Shown here piece by piece: positions 1 to 9,234 of a stretch of DNA of 64,000 nt. Under the pieces are notes generated by a model that ran no database searches, was not told the origin of the DNA, and saw only the letters and a list, made by a program, of their open reading frames with translations. How positions within the stretch are numbered: position 1 is the stretch's first letter; each line of letters starts with the position of its first letter. Origin of the DNA: Promethearchaeota archaeon. GTDB taxonomy: Archaea > Asgardarchaeota > Lokiarchaeia > Sigyniarchaeales > SOKP01. The stretch covers positions 1 through 64,000 of the forward strand of contig JAUVNS010000012.1 of the NCBI GenBank assembly GCA_030599585.1, read 5' to 3'. The position numbers were made by a program, and so were the translations under genes.

Positions 1-686
1 ACATTAAAGGATAGCTCGGCTTTACCATGTTTCTTATATCTCATTCTATTATATTCGTGTTCGCTCATTTTGTGATAGATCCATGTTGTATAATCGTCTC
101 TAAACGTTGCCAAGATTTTCCAGAGACCCAGATATGTCAGGAAAATAACAAAATTTTGATTATTCCTTTTGTTTATTGAAAAATCATTATTCGAAGAGAA
201 ATCGATTTTAGGACATTGAAGAAAATCCTTACCATCAATGAAAAAATCGTCATCTAACTCTTTAAAGAATTTTTTACTAATACGATTGAAGGTAGCTTTC
301 ATGATATCGCATGATTTTTTGATGAAACCGCCCACATCATCTAGTAGGAAACAAAGATGATTTTCAATTTTATAGTAATGCAATTTCTCACCATTTAATT
401 CCATCCATAAATACTTGTTCCCGTCCTTATATTTGGATTTTAATTCATTCAATTTTTTTAATGGGATAATTAAAGAGTGCTGATTTGTATCAACAGTTTT
501 AAGATTTGAAGGTTTCTTTTTCTTTACGTTTTTTAGCACTTGGTTTTGTTTATTCGTTAGTTCTATATTTTGCTGAGTTCTGTGATAGATCCTTTCCAAA
601 AATCCACGTTCTTTAATTGAACATAAATTAAAATTGATATCCTCTTTTTTTAACCAATTCCTAAAGCCACTTGAATTATTTTCCAT
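1..686 (-). CDS. Phage antirepressor-like (ORF6N/Bro-N-like) DNA-binding protein, 3' end runs off the window
   Basis: Not in the ORF track. By hand translation the frame is open from ATG 686 (upstream GGAGG) to the window edge. Contains ..TFNR..FIDGKDF..FLTYLGLWKILATFRDD, reminiscent of ORF6N-type domains. Confidence 0.5.
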   Translation of the reverse strand, partial: MENNSSGFRNWLKKEDINFNLCSIKERGFLERIYHRTQQNIELTNKQNQVLKNVKKKKPSNLKTVDTNQHSLIIPLKKLNELKSKYKDGNKYLWMELNGEKLHYYKIENHLCFLLDDVGGFIKKSCDIMKATFNRISKKFFKELDDDFFIDGKDFLQCPKIDFSSNNDFSINKRNNQNFVIFLTYLGLWKILATFRDDYTTWIYHKMSEHEYNRMRYKKHGKAELSFN

Positions 687-1002
687 GTTTTTGTATTCCT
701 CCACTAATCTTTTTTTTTTGAAAAAATTATTAGATAATAAACATGATACTGTTTATTATACTTTCACATTTAATTTAAAAATAATTATAGTATTTAAATA
801 TTATCATAAACAGTATATTATTTAGTATAATTTGTACTTTAGATTTCGAGGATTAGCCATTTAATTTAATTCATTTTTTTTTAGAAACTGATTACGGTGT
901 TGTATATTATATCAAAAAATAGCAATGTAGATAATACCTATGTTTAAATATTATATTAAATAGTATAATTTTTAGTATCATACTCATAAACTATTCAAGA
1001 AA

Positions 1003-1242
1003 ATGAAAGGAGAAACTGTTAAATTTCATAAATACGAAGGGAGTTCAGGAAAAATTAGCATACCTAGAGCTATAGCAAATAGTTTAAATTGGGAACATAA
1101 AGACGAATTAACTATTATTACAGCAACCCTTAGTAATCAAATTGGATTATTTATATTCAAGAAGGGGGGGCGCTTAAAATTAGATAGTGGAGTTTATGAA
1201 GTTGAAAAGGTTGAAAGCGATAAGATAGAAAAAAAGAAATGA
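1003..1242 (+). CDS. AbrB/MazE/SpoVT-like small DNA-binding protein
   Basis: 79 aa; motif GKISIPRAIANSLNWEHKDELTI; divergent from the antirepressor-like gene. Confidence 0.6.
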   Translation: MKGETVKFHKYEGSSGKISIPRAIANSLNWEHKDELTIITATLSNQIGLFIFKKGGRLKLDSGVYEVEKVESDKIEKKK

Positions 1243-1519
1243 CTATGATATTATTAATGAATGATTTTTAGATTTTTCAATATAAAATCAGCGATCAACT
1301 AGTTAAATCGTTTTTCTTTGCTAAATCTTCTTTTTTATTTACACTAGTATAAGCTATTCACTTATTTTTATTTATACTTCTATAAAGTAATTAACAGATG
1401 AGATAGACACAAAATGCAAGGTTTGAAATATCACACTCTTCACTAAATAATTATAGTTAACGGTTAGTAAGTATTCTTTTTAGGTGTTAAAAAAAATTAA
1501 TTAAAAATGCTAAATTATC

Positions 1520-2485
1520 TTATCTTTCTCTTCTTTTCAAATTATATTTTTTTTCATAAAAATGAGTGAACAACCTATAATTTATTGGTTCTCTTTCCTC
1601 AGAATCTAACTGATCCATTTGTCCCAAAATCTCGAATAGGATTTTTTTATCATCATTTTTTAAATCAAAGTCACCCCCTTCAGGAACATCTTGTGATACA
1701 ACTGGTGTAATGAGGTTTGGTGTGGTTATGATTAAGTTACCGATAAAACCCCAATGAGGATGATCAAACACTTTTGATATATAAGGCCACTTTTTTTTTA
1801 CTACGGTTGGACCAATCATAAAAGGTAATTTCTCCATAGGATTTAGAACTTGATTGTGATAAAATAAACTTACGGCATCAACCCGATCCATAATGTCGCT
1901 TTCTTTTACTAACTCATGAAGAATTTGCTCTGCTGCGAGATTCGCTTTAAAGAGATATGTAAGATCTATAAGCGCAATTTTCCGCCCATCTTTTATTTCT
2001 TCAAGCTGTTTTGCGGCTTTATCTAATAATGTACCTAATTTTCGATATATATGTTTATCTGGAACAAATTGACTATCCATTACTAATAATCCCTTTGGTT
2101 CTTCCGATTTTTCACTTAATGTTCTAGTGACGATTTCTATCTCCTTGTTTGGCTTTATTAATCCTCCAGTCAACGTGTTCGGTTTATATGACTTTAATTC
2201 ATTCCAAAACTTGTTTGTAATTTTACTCAAGTCATCTCCCCTATCTCCTTTAAAAAATTGGGGAGTTTTGACTTCTAAATAATATTCATCATGATCCTCA
2301 AAAAAGATATCACATCCCCTCGATTCAATCTCTATTTTTTCATACCCAATTATTTTGGAAATTACTCCTGCAATTTTTAAGATTGATTCCTTTTCAGTAG
2401 GGCGTAAATTATGGAATTTTTTTTTGCTTCCAATTTTGGGTTCAAGAAGATTGTAGATATCCTTATATATCATTAATATCATCAC
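1520..2485 (-). CDS. Hypothetical protein, possible PD-(D/E)XK nuclease fold
   Basis: 321-aa ORF; CDIFFEDHDEYYLEVK resembles a D...ExK catalytic motif. Start uncertain. Confidence 0.45.
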   Translation of the reverse strand: MMILMIYKDIYNLLEPKIGSKKKFHNLRPTEKESILKIAGVISKIIGYEKIEIESRGCDIFFEDHDEYYLEVKTPQFFKGDRGDDLSKITNKFWNELKSYKPNTLTGGLIKPNKEIEIVTRTLSEKSEEPKGLLVMDSQFVPDKHIYRKLGTLLDKAAKQLEEIKDGRKIALIDLTYLFKANLAAEQILHELVKESDIMDRVDAVSLFYHNQVLNPMEKLPFMIGPTVVKKKWPYISKVFDHPHWGFIGNLIITTPNLITPVVSQDVPEGGDFDLKNDDKKILFEILGQMDQLDSEEREPINYRLFTHFYEKKYNLKRRER

Positions 2486-2689
2486 CTAGGTTATATTTTG
2501 TTTCCATTTTTCAAATTCATCGGAGCTTTTGGGATTTAAAAATACTCTTTCTGGAATAATAAGATCAATTTCTATCTCAGTGAAAGAAATGGGTTCACCT
2601 TTATATCCACTTCTCTGATCGTAAGCATAATAGATTGGTTTTCTAAGATAGAGAGGTATTTTATGTTTTGTCAATTGACCATTCACCAT
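2486..2689 (-). pseudogene. Degenerate HNH endonuclease-like fragment
   Basis: YAYDQRSGYKGEPISFTEIEIDLIIP resembles the HNH CxYCG..IDHIIP motif with the Cys/His lost; short and apparently frameshifted near 2500. Confidence 0.4.
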
Positions 2690-3022
2690 CGTATATTAAA
2701 TATGATTTTAATCATAAATATTTTTAATTTTTTTCCGAGCTTGAATAGTGAAATATAATGTGGATAATTTTATGAGTAATTATAAGTCAGAATTTTCTAC
2801 CACTAGTTGATATCTTAAAAAGGAGGGAAATAAGGATTACTCCTTAAAAATAAATCATAATTTTATTCCAACTATAGATTGAGGGCAAAAAATAGTATTT
2901 ATGAATTTGAGACCTCTTAATCATTATTTACATTTTAAAAAAATTAATTAAACATGGAATATTCTTTCTCAATACAAATAGAGAAGAAAATGGAAATTTA
3001 GGTATAAAAGTACAATTTACAA

Positions 3023-3316
3023 ATGAAGGTTTTGAAAATGTTTTTACAGAGTCAACGAATGGATGTTTTAAAAATAACAATTCCAGAGCAAGAAATTCTA
3101 AAAGTATTAAAATTTAAAGAGGGAAATCTAGCAGTTATAATATCCGGTAAAAACATAGGACAGCTAGGAAAAGTTTCCACAATATTAAAAAGATTTGGTC
3201 CGAAAGCTAGTACAGTTTCTATACAACATAATTCAGAACATACAGAAACACTCTACGATTACACTTTTATAATAGGAGAGGATCAATCGGAGATAAATTT
3301 ACCAAATTCAGAATAA
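3023..3316 (+). pseudogene. rps4e: 3' fragment of ribosomal protein eS4 (S4e), C-terminal KOW region only
   Basis: MDVLKITIPEQEI..EGNLAVIISGKNIGQLGKV..TLYDYTFIIG matches the S4e C-terminus and sits at the S4e position before uL5. Roughly the first two thirds of the protein are missing. Confidence 0.85.
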
Positions 3317-3337
3317 AATTATAAGAGGAACTAAATA

Positions 3338-3943
3338 ATGTCATCGAAAGCAGCGAGAGAAATCAAGAAAAAATCTATAAAAGAGCAAGAGAAGACATTT
3401 GAAGAAATGTGGGCTAACCCTATGAAAAAACCATATTTAGAAAAGGTTGTACTAAATATTGGAGTGGGTGCAGGCGGTGAAGAACTAGAAAGAGCAGCTA
3501 CAGTTTTAAAAACTATTTCTGGCAAAACTCCTGTGAAAACACTTTCTAAAAAAAATGTAAAAGAGTTCAATTTGCGAATCGGACGACCAATAGGCACAAT
3601 GGTAACTATTAGGGAAGAAGAAGCAGAAAAGTTACTAAAACGATTACTTGTTGTTAACAATGATAAGTTTCTTAGAAAGAGTTTTGATAATTACGGAAAT
3701 TTCGGTTTTGGTATAACTGAACATATCACCATTCCCGGAGTTGAATATGATAATGTTATTGGTATTTGGGGTCTTGATGTAGTCGGGAGAATCGTAAGAC
3801 CTGGAATGAGAGTTAAATACAGAAGAAAAAGTAGAGCAAAAGTTCCCAAACGCCATTATGTATCTAGAATAGAAGCGCAATACTTCTTGAAAAAGAATTT
3901 TGGCGTCGAAATTGTAGACAAATTAGAATTAGATTATATTTAA
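3338..3943 (+). CDS. rpl5: 50S ribosomal protein uL5
   Basis: NPMKKPYLEKVVLNIGVG, FDNYGNFGFGITEHI motifs; operon order. Confidence 0.97.
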   Translation: MSSKAAREIKKKSIKEQEKTFEEMWANPMKKPYLEKVVLNIGVGAGGEELERAATVLKTISGKTPVKTLSKKNVKEFNLRIGRPIGTMVTIREEEAEKLLKRLLVVNNDKFLRKSFDNYGNFGFGITEHITIPGVEYDNVIGIWGLDVVGRIVRPGMRVKYRRKSRAKVPKRHYVSRIEAQYFLKKNFGVEIVDKLELDYI

Positions 3944-3962
3944 ATAGACAAAATTGATGATT

Positions 3963-4109
3963 ATGCCGCAAGGTAAAATAGGTAAAGGTCAAAGAGAGTG
4001 TAGACGATGTCATACTCATAGAGGTATAATAAGAAGGTATGGCTTGTATATATGTCGTCGATGTTTTTACGAAATTGGAAAAGATATTGGATTTTATAGG
4101 TATGATTAA
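3963..4109 (+). CDS. rps14: 30S ribosomal protein uS14 (Zn type)
   Basis: Below the ORF-track cutoff. MPQGKIGKGQRECRRCHTHRGIIRRYGLYICRRCFYEIGKDIGFYRYD (48 aa), between uL5 and uS8. Confidence 0.95.
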   Translation: MPQGKIGKGQRECRRCHTHRGIIRRYGLYICRRCFYEIGKDIGFYRYD

Positions 4110-4137
4110 AACAATAATTTAGTATGAGGTGTAGAAA

Positions 4138-4521
4138 ATAGCGAATACATTAGCCGATATGTGTAATAATCTTAAAAACTCAGAAAGAGCGAAGAAGAAG
4201 GAAGTAACCATTAGTCCTGCATCAAAATTAAACCAAATGGTTCTTAGAATCTTTCAACAACACGCATATGTCGGAGAGTTTGAAAGGTACGACGATGGCA
4301 GGCAAGGTAAATTCAAAGTAGCGTTGTTAGGTAAAATTAACCATTGCGCTGGTTTAATGAGGCTTAATCACAATGTCTCGCAATTCGAATCACTTGAAAG
4401 GAAGTTACTACCAGCGCCTGGTCTAGGAATAATCGTGTTAACTACAAATCAAGGTATTATGACTATGAAAGAAGCCGAAGAGAAACATATCGGCGGAATG
4501 ACGCTGTGTTATGTCTATTAA
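4138..4521 (+). CDS. rps8: 30S ribosomal protein uS8, probable ATA start at 4138 (first ATG is at 4159)
   Basis: uS8 motifs DDGRQGKFKV and VLTTNQGIMT. The conserved N-terminal ANTLAD lies upstream of the ATG, and GAGGTG at 4126-4131 is spaced for 4138. Confidence 0.93.
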   Translation: MANTLADMCNNLKNSERAKKKEVTISPASKLNQMVLRIFQQHAYVGEFERYDDGRQGKFKVALLGKINHCAGLMRLNHNVSQFESLERKLLPAPGLGIIVLTTNQGIMTMKEAEEKHIGGMTLCYVY

Positions 4522-4543
4522 AAGTGGAAAAAGGTAGAGATAA

Positions 4544-5122
4544 ATGGTAAAAGTAGCATTTTTTAAAGAAGAACTGGAAATTCCGAAGGGAGTTACTGTT
4601 ACCCTTGACGGAAACCATCATATTACTGTAAGTGGACCCAACGGAAAGATAACAAAAGACTTTTCGCATATAAGAGGTATAAAGGTTACAATTGAAGAAA
4701 ACCTTATGACTTTCACAACTAACTTCCCAAAAAGTGGAACCCTTGCTTTAGTAAAAACTATTATCAATCTAATTAAAAATTTAATAAATGGCGTTCAAGT
4801 TAACTATAAGTATATTTGTAAAGTATGCTATAGTCATTTTCCATGCACGGTGGAAGTAATACCTGATAAAATGGAAATTCATGTTGTTAACTTCCTTGGA
4901 GAGAGAGCTCCAAGAGTTACTAAATATCTGAAAAATGTAGATGTTAAAATTGACGGCGAGGATGTAATATTAACTGGACCCGATAAAGAAACATTAGGTC
5001 AAACTGCCGCGAACATAAAAAAAGCTTGCCGAATAAGAAAGAAAGACCCGAGAGTCTTTCAAGATGGTGTATACCTCTATAAAATTCAAAGTGGAGACGA
5101 AATTACCTGGGAAGTAAAATAA
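4544..5122 (+). CDS. rpl6: 50S ribosomal protein uL6
   Basis: YSHFP, NFLGERAPR, KDPRVFQDGVY. Confidence 0.97.
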   Translation: MVKVAFFKEELEIPKGVTVTLDGNHHITVSGPNGKITKDFSHIRGIKVTIEENLMTFTTNFPKSGTLALVKTIINLIKNLINGVQVNYKYICKVCYSHFPCTVEVIPDKMEIHVVNFLGERAPRVTKYLKNVDVKIDGEDVILTGPDKETLGQTAANIKKACRIRKKDPRVFQDGVYLYKIQSGDEITWEVK

Positions 5123-5137
5123 AATGAGGTAAGAGAT

Positions 5138-5602
5138 ATGGAACAAAAAAGATTATTAGAACTTAGGAAAAAAATAAATAAGAAGCGCCCCTCCTTTAGA
5201 AGAGTAGAATCTTGGAGATATGTAAGAGTGAAAGATTCTTGGCGAAAAGCAAGAGGAATTGATTCACGAACTCGAATAAAATCTAAATCAGGAGTCAAAT
5301 CACCTTCACCTGGGTATAGAGGCCCTAAAAAGATACGTGGATTACATCCATCAGGATATGAAGAGGTAAGAGTCGAAACCATTGATGATTTGAAAACCTT
5401 AAATAATAAAAAACACGCAATTAAAATATCTACTCAGTTAGGCGTTAAAAAAAGAATACGCTTAATAGATTATGCTAAAAATAGAGGATTTAAAGTCCTT
5501 AATATAGGAATATCGCAAGGAGAGATTGAAAGTCTAGAAGCAGCCCTTAAATCTTCTATTGACGATCTGGATGATGATGATTTATTTGAAGACGAGGATT
5601 AA
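5138..5602 (+). CDS. rpl32e: 50S ribosomal protein eL32
   Basis: WRKARGIDS, GLHPSGYEEV; acidic tail. Confidence 0.96.
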   Translation: MEQKRLLELRKKINKKRPSFRRVESWRYVRVKDSWRKARGIDSRTRIKSKSGVKSPSPGYRGPKKIRGLHPSGYEEVRVETIDDLKTLNNKKHAIKISTQLGVKKRIRLIDYAKNRGFKVLNIGISQGEIESLEAALKSSIDDLDDDDLFEDED

Positions 5603-5640
5603 CATAATTCTCATAATTATATAATTTCATGTGATAAGAA

Positions 5641-6096
5641 ATGAGTTTAAAAGCCCAAAAAAGAATGGCAGCGGAAATTTTGAAATGTGGTGAGAACCGG
5701 GTTTATTTCGATCCATACTTAATAGATGATATAAAAATGGCAATCACTCGAGAAGACATCCGCAATTTGGTAAAGGAAGGTATTATTATAAAAAAATATA
5801 AAAAAGGCAATTCAAAATATAGAAAGAACCTACTTCATGAACGCAAAAAAAAAGGTAGAGCTAGAGGTATAGGAAAACGAAAAGGAAAAAAAGGAGCCCG
5901 ATATCCAAAGAAAAAAAAGTGGATGAATCGAATTCGTCCTCAGAGACGGGAGCTTAAAAAGTTAAGAGATCGAAAATTGATTACTACCGCAACTTATAGA
6001 AAGCTATATAAAAACGCGAAAGGCGGAATGTTTACTAGCGTTGCGCAAATGAACCGTTACATTAAAGAAAAAGATTTAATTAGAAGAGGTAGATAA
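5641..6096 (+). CDS. rpl19e: 50S ribosomal protein eL19
   Basis: LKAQKRMAAEILKCGENRV, AITREDIR. Confidence 0.97.
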   Translation: MSLKAQKRMAAEILKCGENRVYFDPYLIDDIKMAITREDIRNLVKEGIIIKKYKKGNSKYRKNLLHERKKKGRARGIGKRKGKKGARYPKKKKWMNRIRPQRRELKKLRDRKLITTATYRKLYKNAKGGMFTSVAQMNRYIKEKDLIRRGR

Positions 6097-6099
6097 ATT

Positions 6100-6693
6100 A
6101 TGGCAAAAGGACCAAGATATCGAAGACCGTTCAGAAGGAGAGCAGAAGGAAAAACAAATTACCACAAAAGATTAAAATTATTAAAATCCAAAAAGTTAAG
6201 AGCTGTAATTAGGGCTTCAAATAATCATATCACAGTACAGATTGTTCAATCTAAGCTAGGAGGAGATAAAATCATTGTCTCTGCACATTCTAAAGAATTA
6301 ACAACCAAATTTGGATGGAATGCAAATACGGGAAACATTCCCGCAGCATATTTAACAGGCTTTCTAGCAGGAATAAGAGCAAAAAAGCAAAATGTGCAAG
6401 AAGCAATCCTTGATTTGGGAATATTTTATCACAAAAATCGAGTGTTGGCAGCATTTAAAGGAATTGTAAATTCTGGTTTAGAGATACCTCATAAAGAGGC
6501 TTTCTTTCCTGAAAATATCGAAGAAACTGTCAATGGCTCTCACATTGAGAGATATGCAAATCTTCTAAAAACCGAGAACCCCGAAAAATACGAACAAGTT
6601 TTCTCAGGGTATTTAAAAAAAAATAATGTAAATCCATTAAAAATCAGTAAAGTTATTTCCAATACATTAAAACAAATTGAGGAAAGTGCTTAA
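6100..6693 (+). CDS. rpl18: 50S ribosomal protein uL18
   Basis: RRRAEGKTNYHKRLKLL, NIPAAYLTG. Confidence 0.97.
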   Translation: MAKGPRYRRPFRRRAEGKTNYHKRLKLLKSKKLRAVIRASNNHITVQIVQSKLGGDKIIVSAHSKELTTKFGWNANTGNIPAAYLTGFLAGIRAKKQNVQEAILDLGIFYHKNRVLAAFKGIVNSGLEIPHKEAFFPENIEETVNGSHIERYANLLKTENPEKYEQVFSGYLKKNNVNPLKISKVISNTLKQIEESA

Positions 6694-6705
6694 AAGGTGA
6701 ATTAA

Positions 6706-7347
6706 ATGAGTCGACAGAGAAATCAGAGACGTCCAAGAACTCCGAGACCTATTAATGAAGGTTGGATTCCTAAGACCAAACTTGGAGAACTCGTACAAAG
6801 TGGATTAATCACTTTAGATAAAATATTTGCGAACAATCTTGTCGTTAAAGAAAAAGAAATAATTAATGTTCTTCTTCCACAACTTCAAGAAAGCGTTATT
6901 ACAATAAATATGGTACAACAAATGACCGCTAGCGGTCAACGATCTAGATTTAAAGCGGTAGTTATCGTTGGAGCTGATGGTTTTATTGGTGTTGGTTCCG
7001 CTAAATCTAGAGAAGTAGGACCAGCAATTAGAAAAGCAATTGACAGAGCGAAACTTGCCGTGGTTCCTGTTCTTAGAGGGTGTGGTAGTAAAGAATGTGG
7101 TTGCGGACATACTCACAGCGTACCTTTTAAAGTAGATGGAAAGTGCGGTTCTGTCAAAATACACTTAATTCCTGCTCCGCAAGGAGTTGGATTAGTTTGT
7201 GCTGATAAGGTAAAACAAGTGTTAAAGTTGGCTGGGATAGAAGATATATGGAGTAAATCGTTCGGAGATACACGAACTAGCGAAAATCTAGTAAAAGCTA
7301 CCTTTAATGCTCTTAAGAATGCTCATAAATTTAATTTCAATTTATAA
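6706..7347 (+). CDS. rps5: 30S ribosomal protein uS5
   Basis: WIPKTKLGELV, RGCGSKECGC..HSVPFKV. Confidence 0.97.
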   Translation: MSRQRNQRRPRTPRPINEGWIPKTKLGELVQSGLITLDKIFANNLVVKEKEIINVLLPQLQESVITINMVQQMTASGQRSRFKAVVIVGADGFIGVGSAKSREVGPAIRKAIDRAKLAVVPVLRGCGSKECGCGHTHSVPFKVDGKCGSVKIHLIPAPQGVGLVCADKVKQVLKLAGIEDIWSKSFGDTRTSENLVKATFNALKNAHKFNFNL

Positions 7348-7363
7348 CTGATGAGTGGTGTAA

Positions 7364-7900
7364 ATGATGGCTGAAAATAATGTAATTGTAAGAAAAAAAT
7401 CAAAAACTAAAACTCCGAAACCCCCTGTGTTACACTTTGCAATTCGTATAAGGGGCGCACCAGGAATGAAACGCACAATTTTAGATTCTTTAAAAATGCT
7501 AAGAATGCACAAAGTAAACCATGGAGTCCTTATATGGGGCGAAAAGAGTTACTTAGGCATGCTTAATAAGTGCAAAGATTATATTGCCTATGGCGAAATT
7601 GACGAAAAAACGCTCTTACGCTTGTTAAGAACCAGAGGAAAAGTTGAAGGAAATAAACCACTCACAGATGAACACATTAAAAATCTAACTAAATACAAAG
7701 ATCTGAAAGAATTTTCAAAAGCGCTTTTAACTGGAGAAATTAAATATCGAACACAAGATGTGTATAAAATAAAACCAGTTTTTCGGTTACATCCCCCAAG
7801 AAAAGGACACCGCGGAACGATTAAAAGACATTACCATGAAGGCGGAACTTTGGGCTACGTTGATCAGTTTATAAATGTAATACTTCACAAAATGATCTAA
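7364..7900 (+). CDS. rpl30: 50S ribosomal protein uL30
   Basis: AIRIRG, KPVFRLHPPRKG. Confidence 0.96.
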   Translation: MMAENNVIVRKKSKTKTPKPPVLHFAIRIRGAPGMKRTILDSLKMLRMHKVNHGVLIWGEKSYLGMLNKCKDYIAYGEIDEKTLLRLLRTRGKVEGNKPLTDEHIKNLTKYKDLKEFSKALLTGEIKYRTQDVYKIKPVFRLHPPRKGHRGTIKRHYHEGGTLGYVDQFINVILHKMI

Positions 7901-7918
7901 TTAAAAGGGGTAAATAAA

Positions 7919-8401
7919 ATGACGAGAAAATATCCTAAAAGAATACGAAAAATGAGAGGAACTCGAACTGTAGGCTATGGAAGAGTTGGTCAACACCGAA
8001 AAGCGGGTCAAAGGGCTGGAAAAGGAAAAACAACTGGATGGAAGAAAAGTAAAAAATCCTATTATCTCAAACAAAAAGAATTAGGATTTCCCGATCCTGA
8101 TTGGGATTTTGGAAAGAAAGGGTTTAAGAGACCGCAAGATATTAGGCGGATTTACAATGTAAACACCTTAAATATTAAAGACCTTGATTTAACAATTGAA
8201 GATTTAACTCAGAAAAACATTGCTACGAAAACAGGAACGACGTATTCGATTAATATGAAAGACCTTAATGTTCAAAAAATCTTGGGTCGCGGTGAAGTCA
8301 ATAATAAAATCAATATCACCGTTGACAAAGCTTCTAAACGAGCGATCGAGAAAATTGAATCCGCTGGTGGCAAAGTTACTCTTCTAGCAGCAACAGAATA
8401 A
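7919..8401 (+). CDS. rpl15: 50S ribosomal protein uL15
   Basis: RKMRGTRTVGYGRVGQHRKAG, KIESAGG. Confidence 0.97.
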   Translation: MTRKYPKRIRKMRGTRTVGYGRVGQHRKAGQRAGKGKTTGWKKSKKSYYLKQKELGFPDPDWDFGKKGFKRPQDIRRIYNVNTLNIKDLDLTIEDLTQKNIATKTGTTYSINMKDLNVQKILGRGEVNNKINITVDKASKRAIEKIESAGGKVTLLAATE

Positions 8402-8450
8402 TAGTTTAACCTTTAAATTTAGCTTATTTCTTATTTATATTTCTCTACGT

Positions 8451-9113
8451 CTAATCCACTAATTTCATTATTACTTGAATTAATCCTGGTAAGAGAAATA
8501 CAAACACCAATATATTTCCTATTAAGTGAACCGTAGTAAAAACTAGTCCGAATAAATAGGACGCAATAAAATAATCCATTGAAGTAGATACAGTAAATCC
8601 ACCGAACAAAGTGCTCAAAATATCGAACAAAAACGTTAGAATCCCTCCAATAACACCAAATATAACCATTACTTGATATACGTACAAATCTTCTCTCGGT
8701 TTAAAGAATTTTCTATTCAGCATAAAATTCTTTGTCAAGCCACCAGATAATCCTGTTAATGAATAATGAATCAATTGATAAATAAAAAGTGGGGGCGGAG
8801 AAGGCCCTAATGGGTTAAAAAAAGTAAAAATGGATGCGCTCAATAATCCAATTATTGCACCTTCTTTTTTGCCCATAATAAAACCCGATAAGAAGATCAT
8901 TAAAGTAAAAACCTCAATATTGGGGATGTATGCCATTGCATATCCCAAAACAATTGCCAAAGCCGTAAATGTGGCAATAAGTGAAATTCGAAAAGATTTT
9001 CTTTCTAACCATACTGAACTATTCACTCTTTCAGAATTTAATATCTTTATATCGTCGGTTTTTGAAATTTGAGCGGTTAGAGGAACTTTAGTTGTTTCTT
9101 TTTTAATACTCAT
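8451..9113 (-). CDS. ECF transporter S component (CbrT-like, possibly cobalamin)
   Basis: Multiple TM helices, A-x-F-x-A-L and IPNIEV motifs; divergent from a DUF4430-like gene. Confidence 0.7.
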   Translation of the reverse strand: MSIKKETTKVPLTAQISKTDDIKILNSERVNSSVWLERKSFRISLIATFTALAIVLGYAMAYIPNIEVFTLMIFLSGFIMGKKEGAIIGLLSASIFTFFNPLGPSPPPLFIYQLIHYSLTGLSGGLTKNFMLNRKFFKPREDLYVYQVMVIFGVIGGILTFLFDILSTLFGGFTVSTSMDYFIASYLFGLVFTTVHLIGNILVFVFLLPGLIQVIMKLVD

Positions 9114-9234
9114 ATTTTTAAGTTTTCAACTGAATTATTTAAAACTCTGAAAGGTAAATATCATAATTTTTCACAATTTTTAAATATATAGGATAATATA
9201 TCCTAGTATAAATTACCTAATTAAAAACAAAATT

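Larger units (their letters stand above)
1..3050. mobile_element. Right part of a putative integrated element or island inserted in rps4e
   Basis: Non-housekeeping genes (antirepressor-like, AbrB-like, nuclease-like, decayed HNH) directly abut a 5'-truncated rps4e. No integrase or att pair is visible in the window. Confidence 0.5.

Noticed and set aside
634-825. 63-aa plus-strand ORF
   Set aside because: Antisense and promoter-overlapping, AT-rich, with no protein-like features.
2483-2488. TAG read-through fusing the HNH-like fragment to the 321-aa ORF
   Set aside because: Better explained by decay of an HNH gene; no pyrrolysine machinery in the window.
4124-4141. ATG at 4124 as the uS8 start (via frameshift or intron)
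   Set aside because: Out of frame (MRCRK*), overlaps the SD, and no BHB-like fold is visible.
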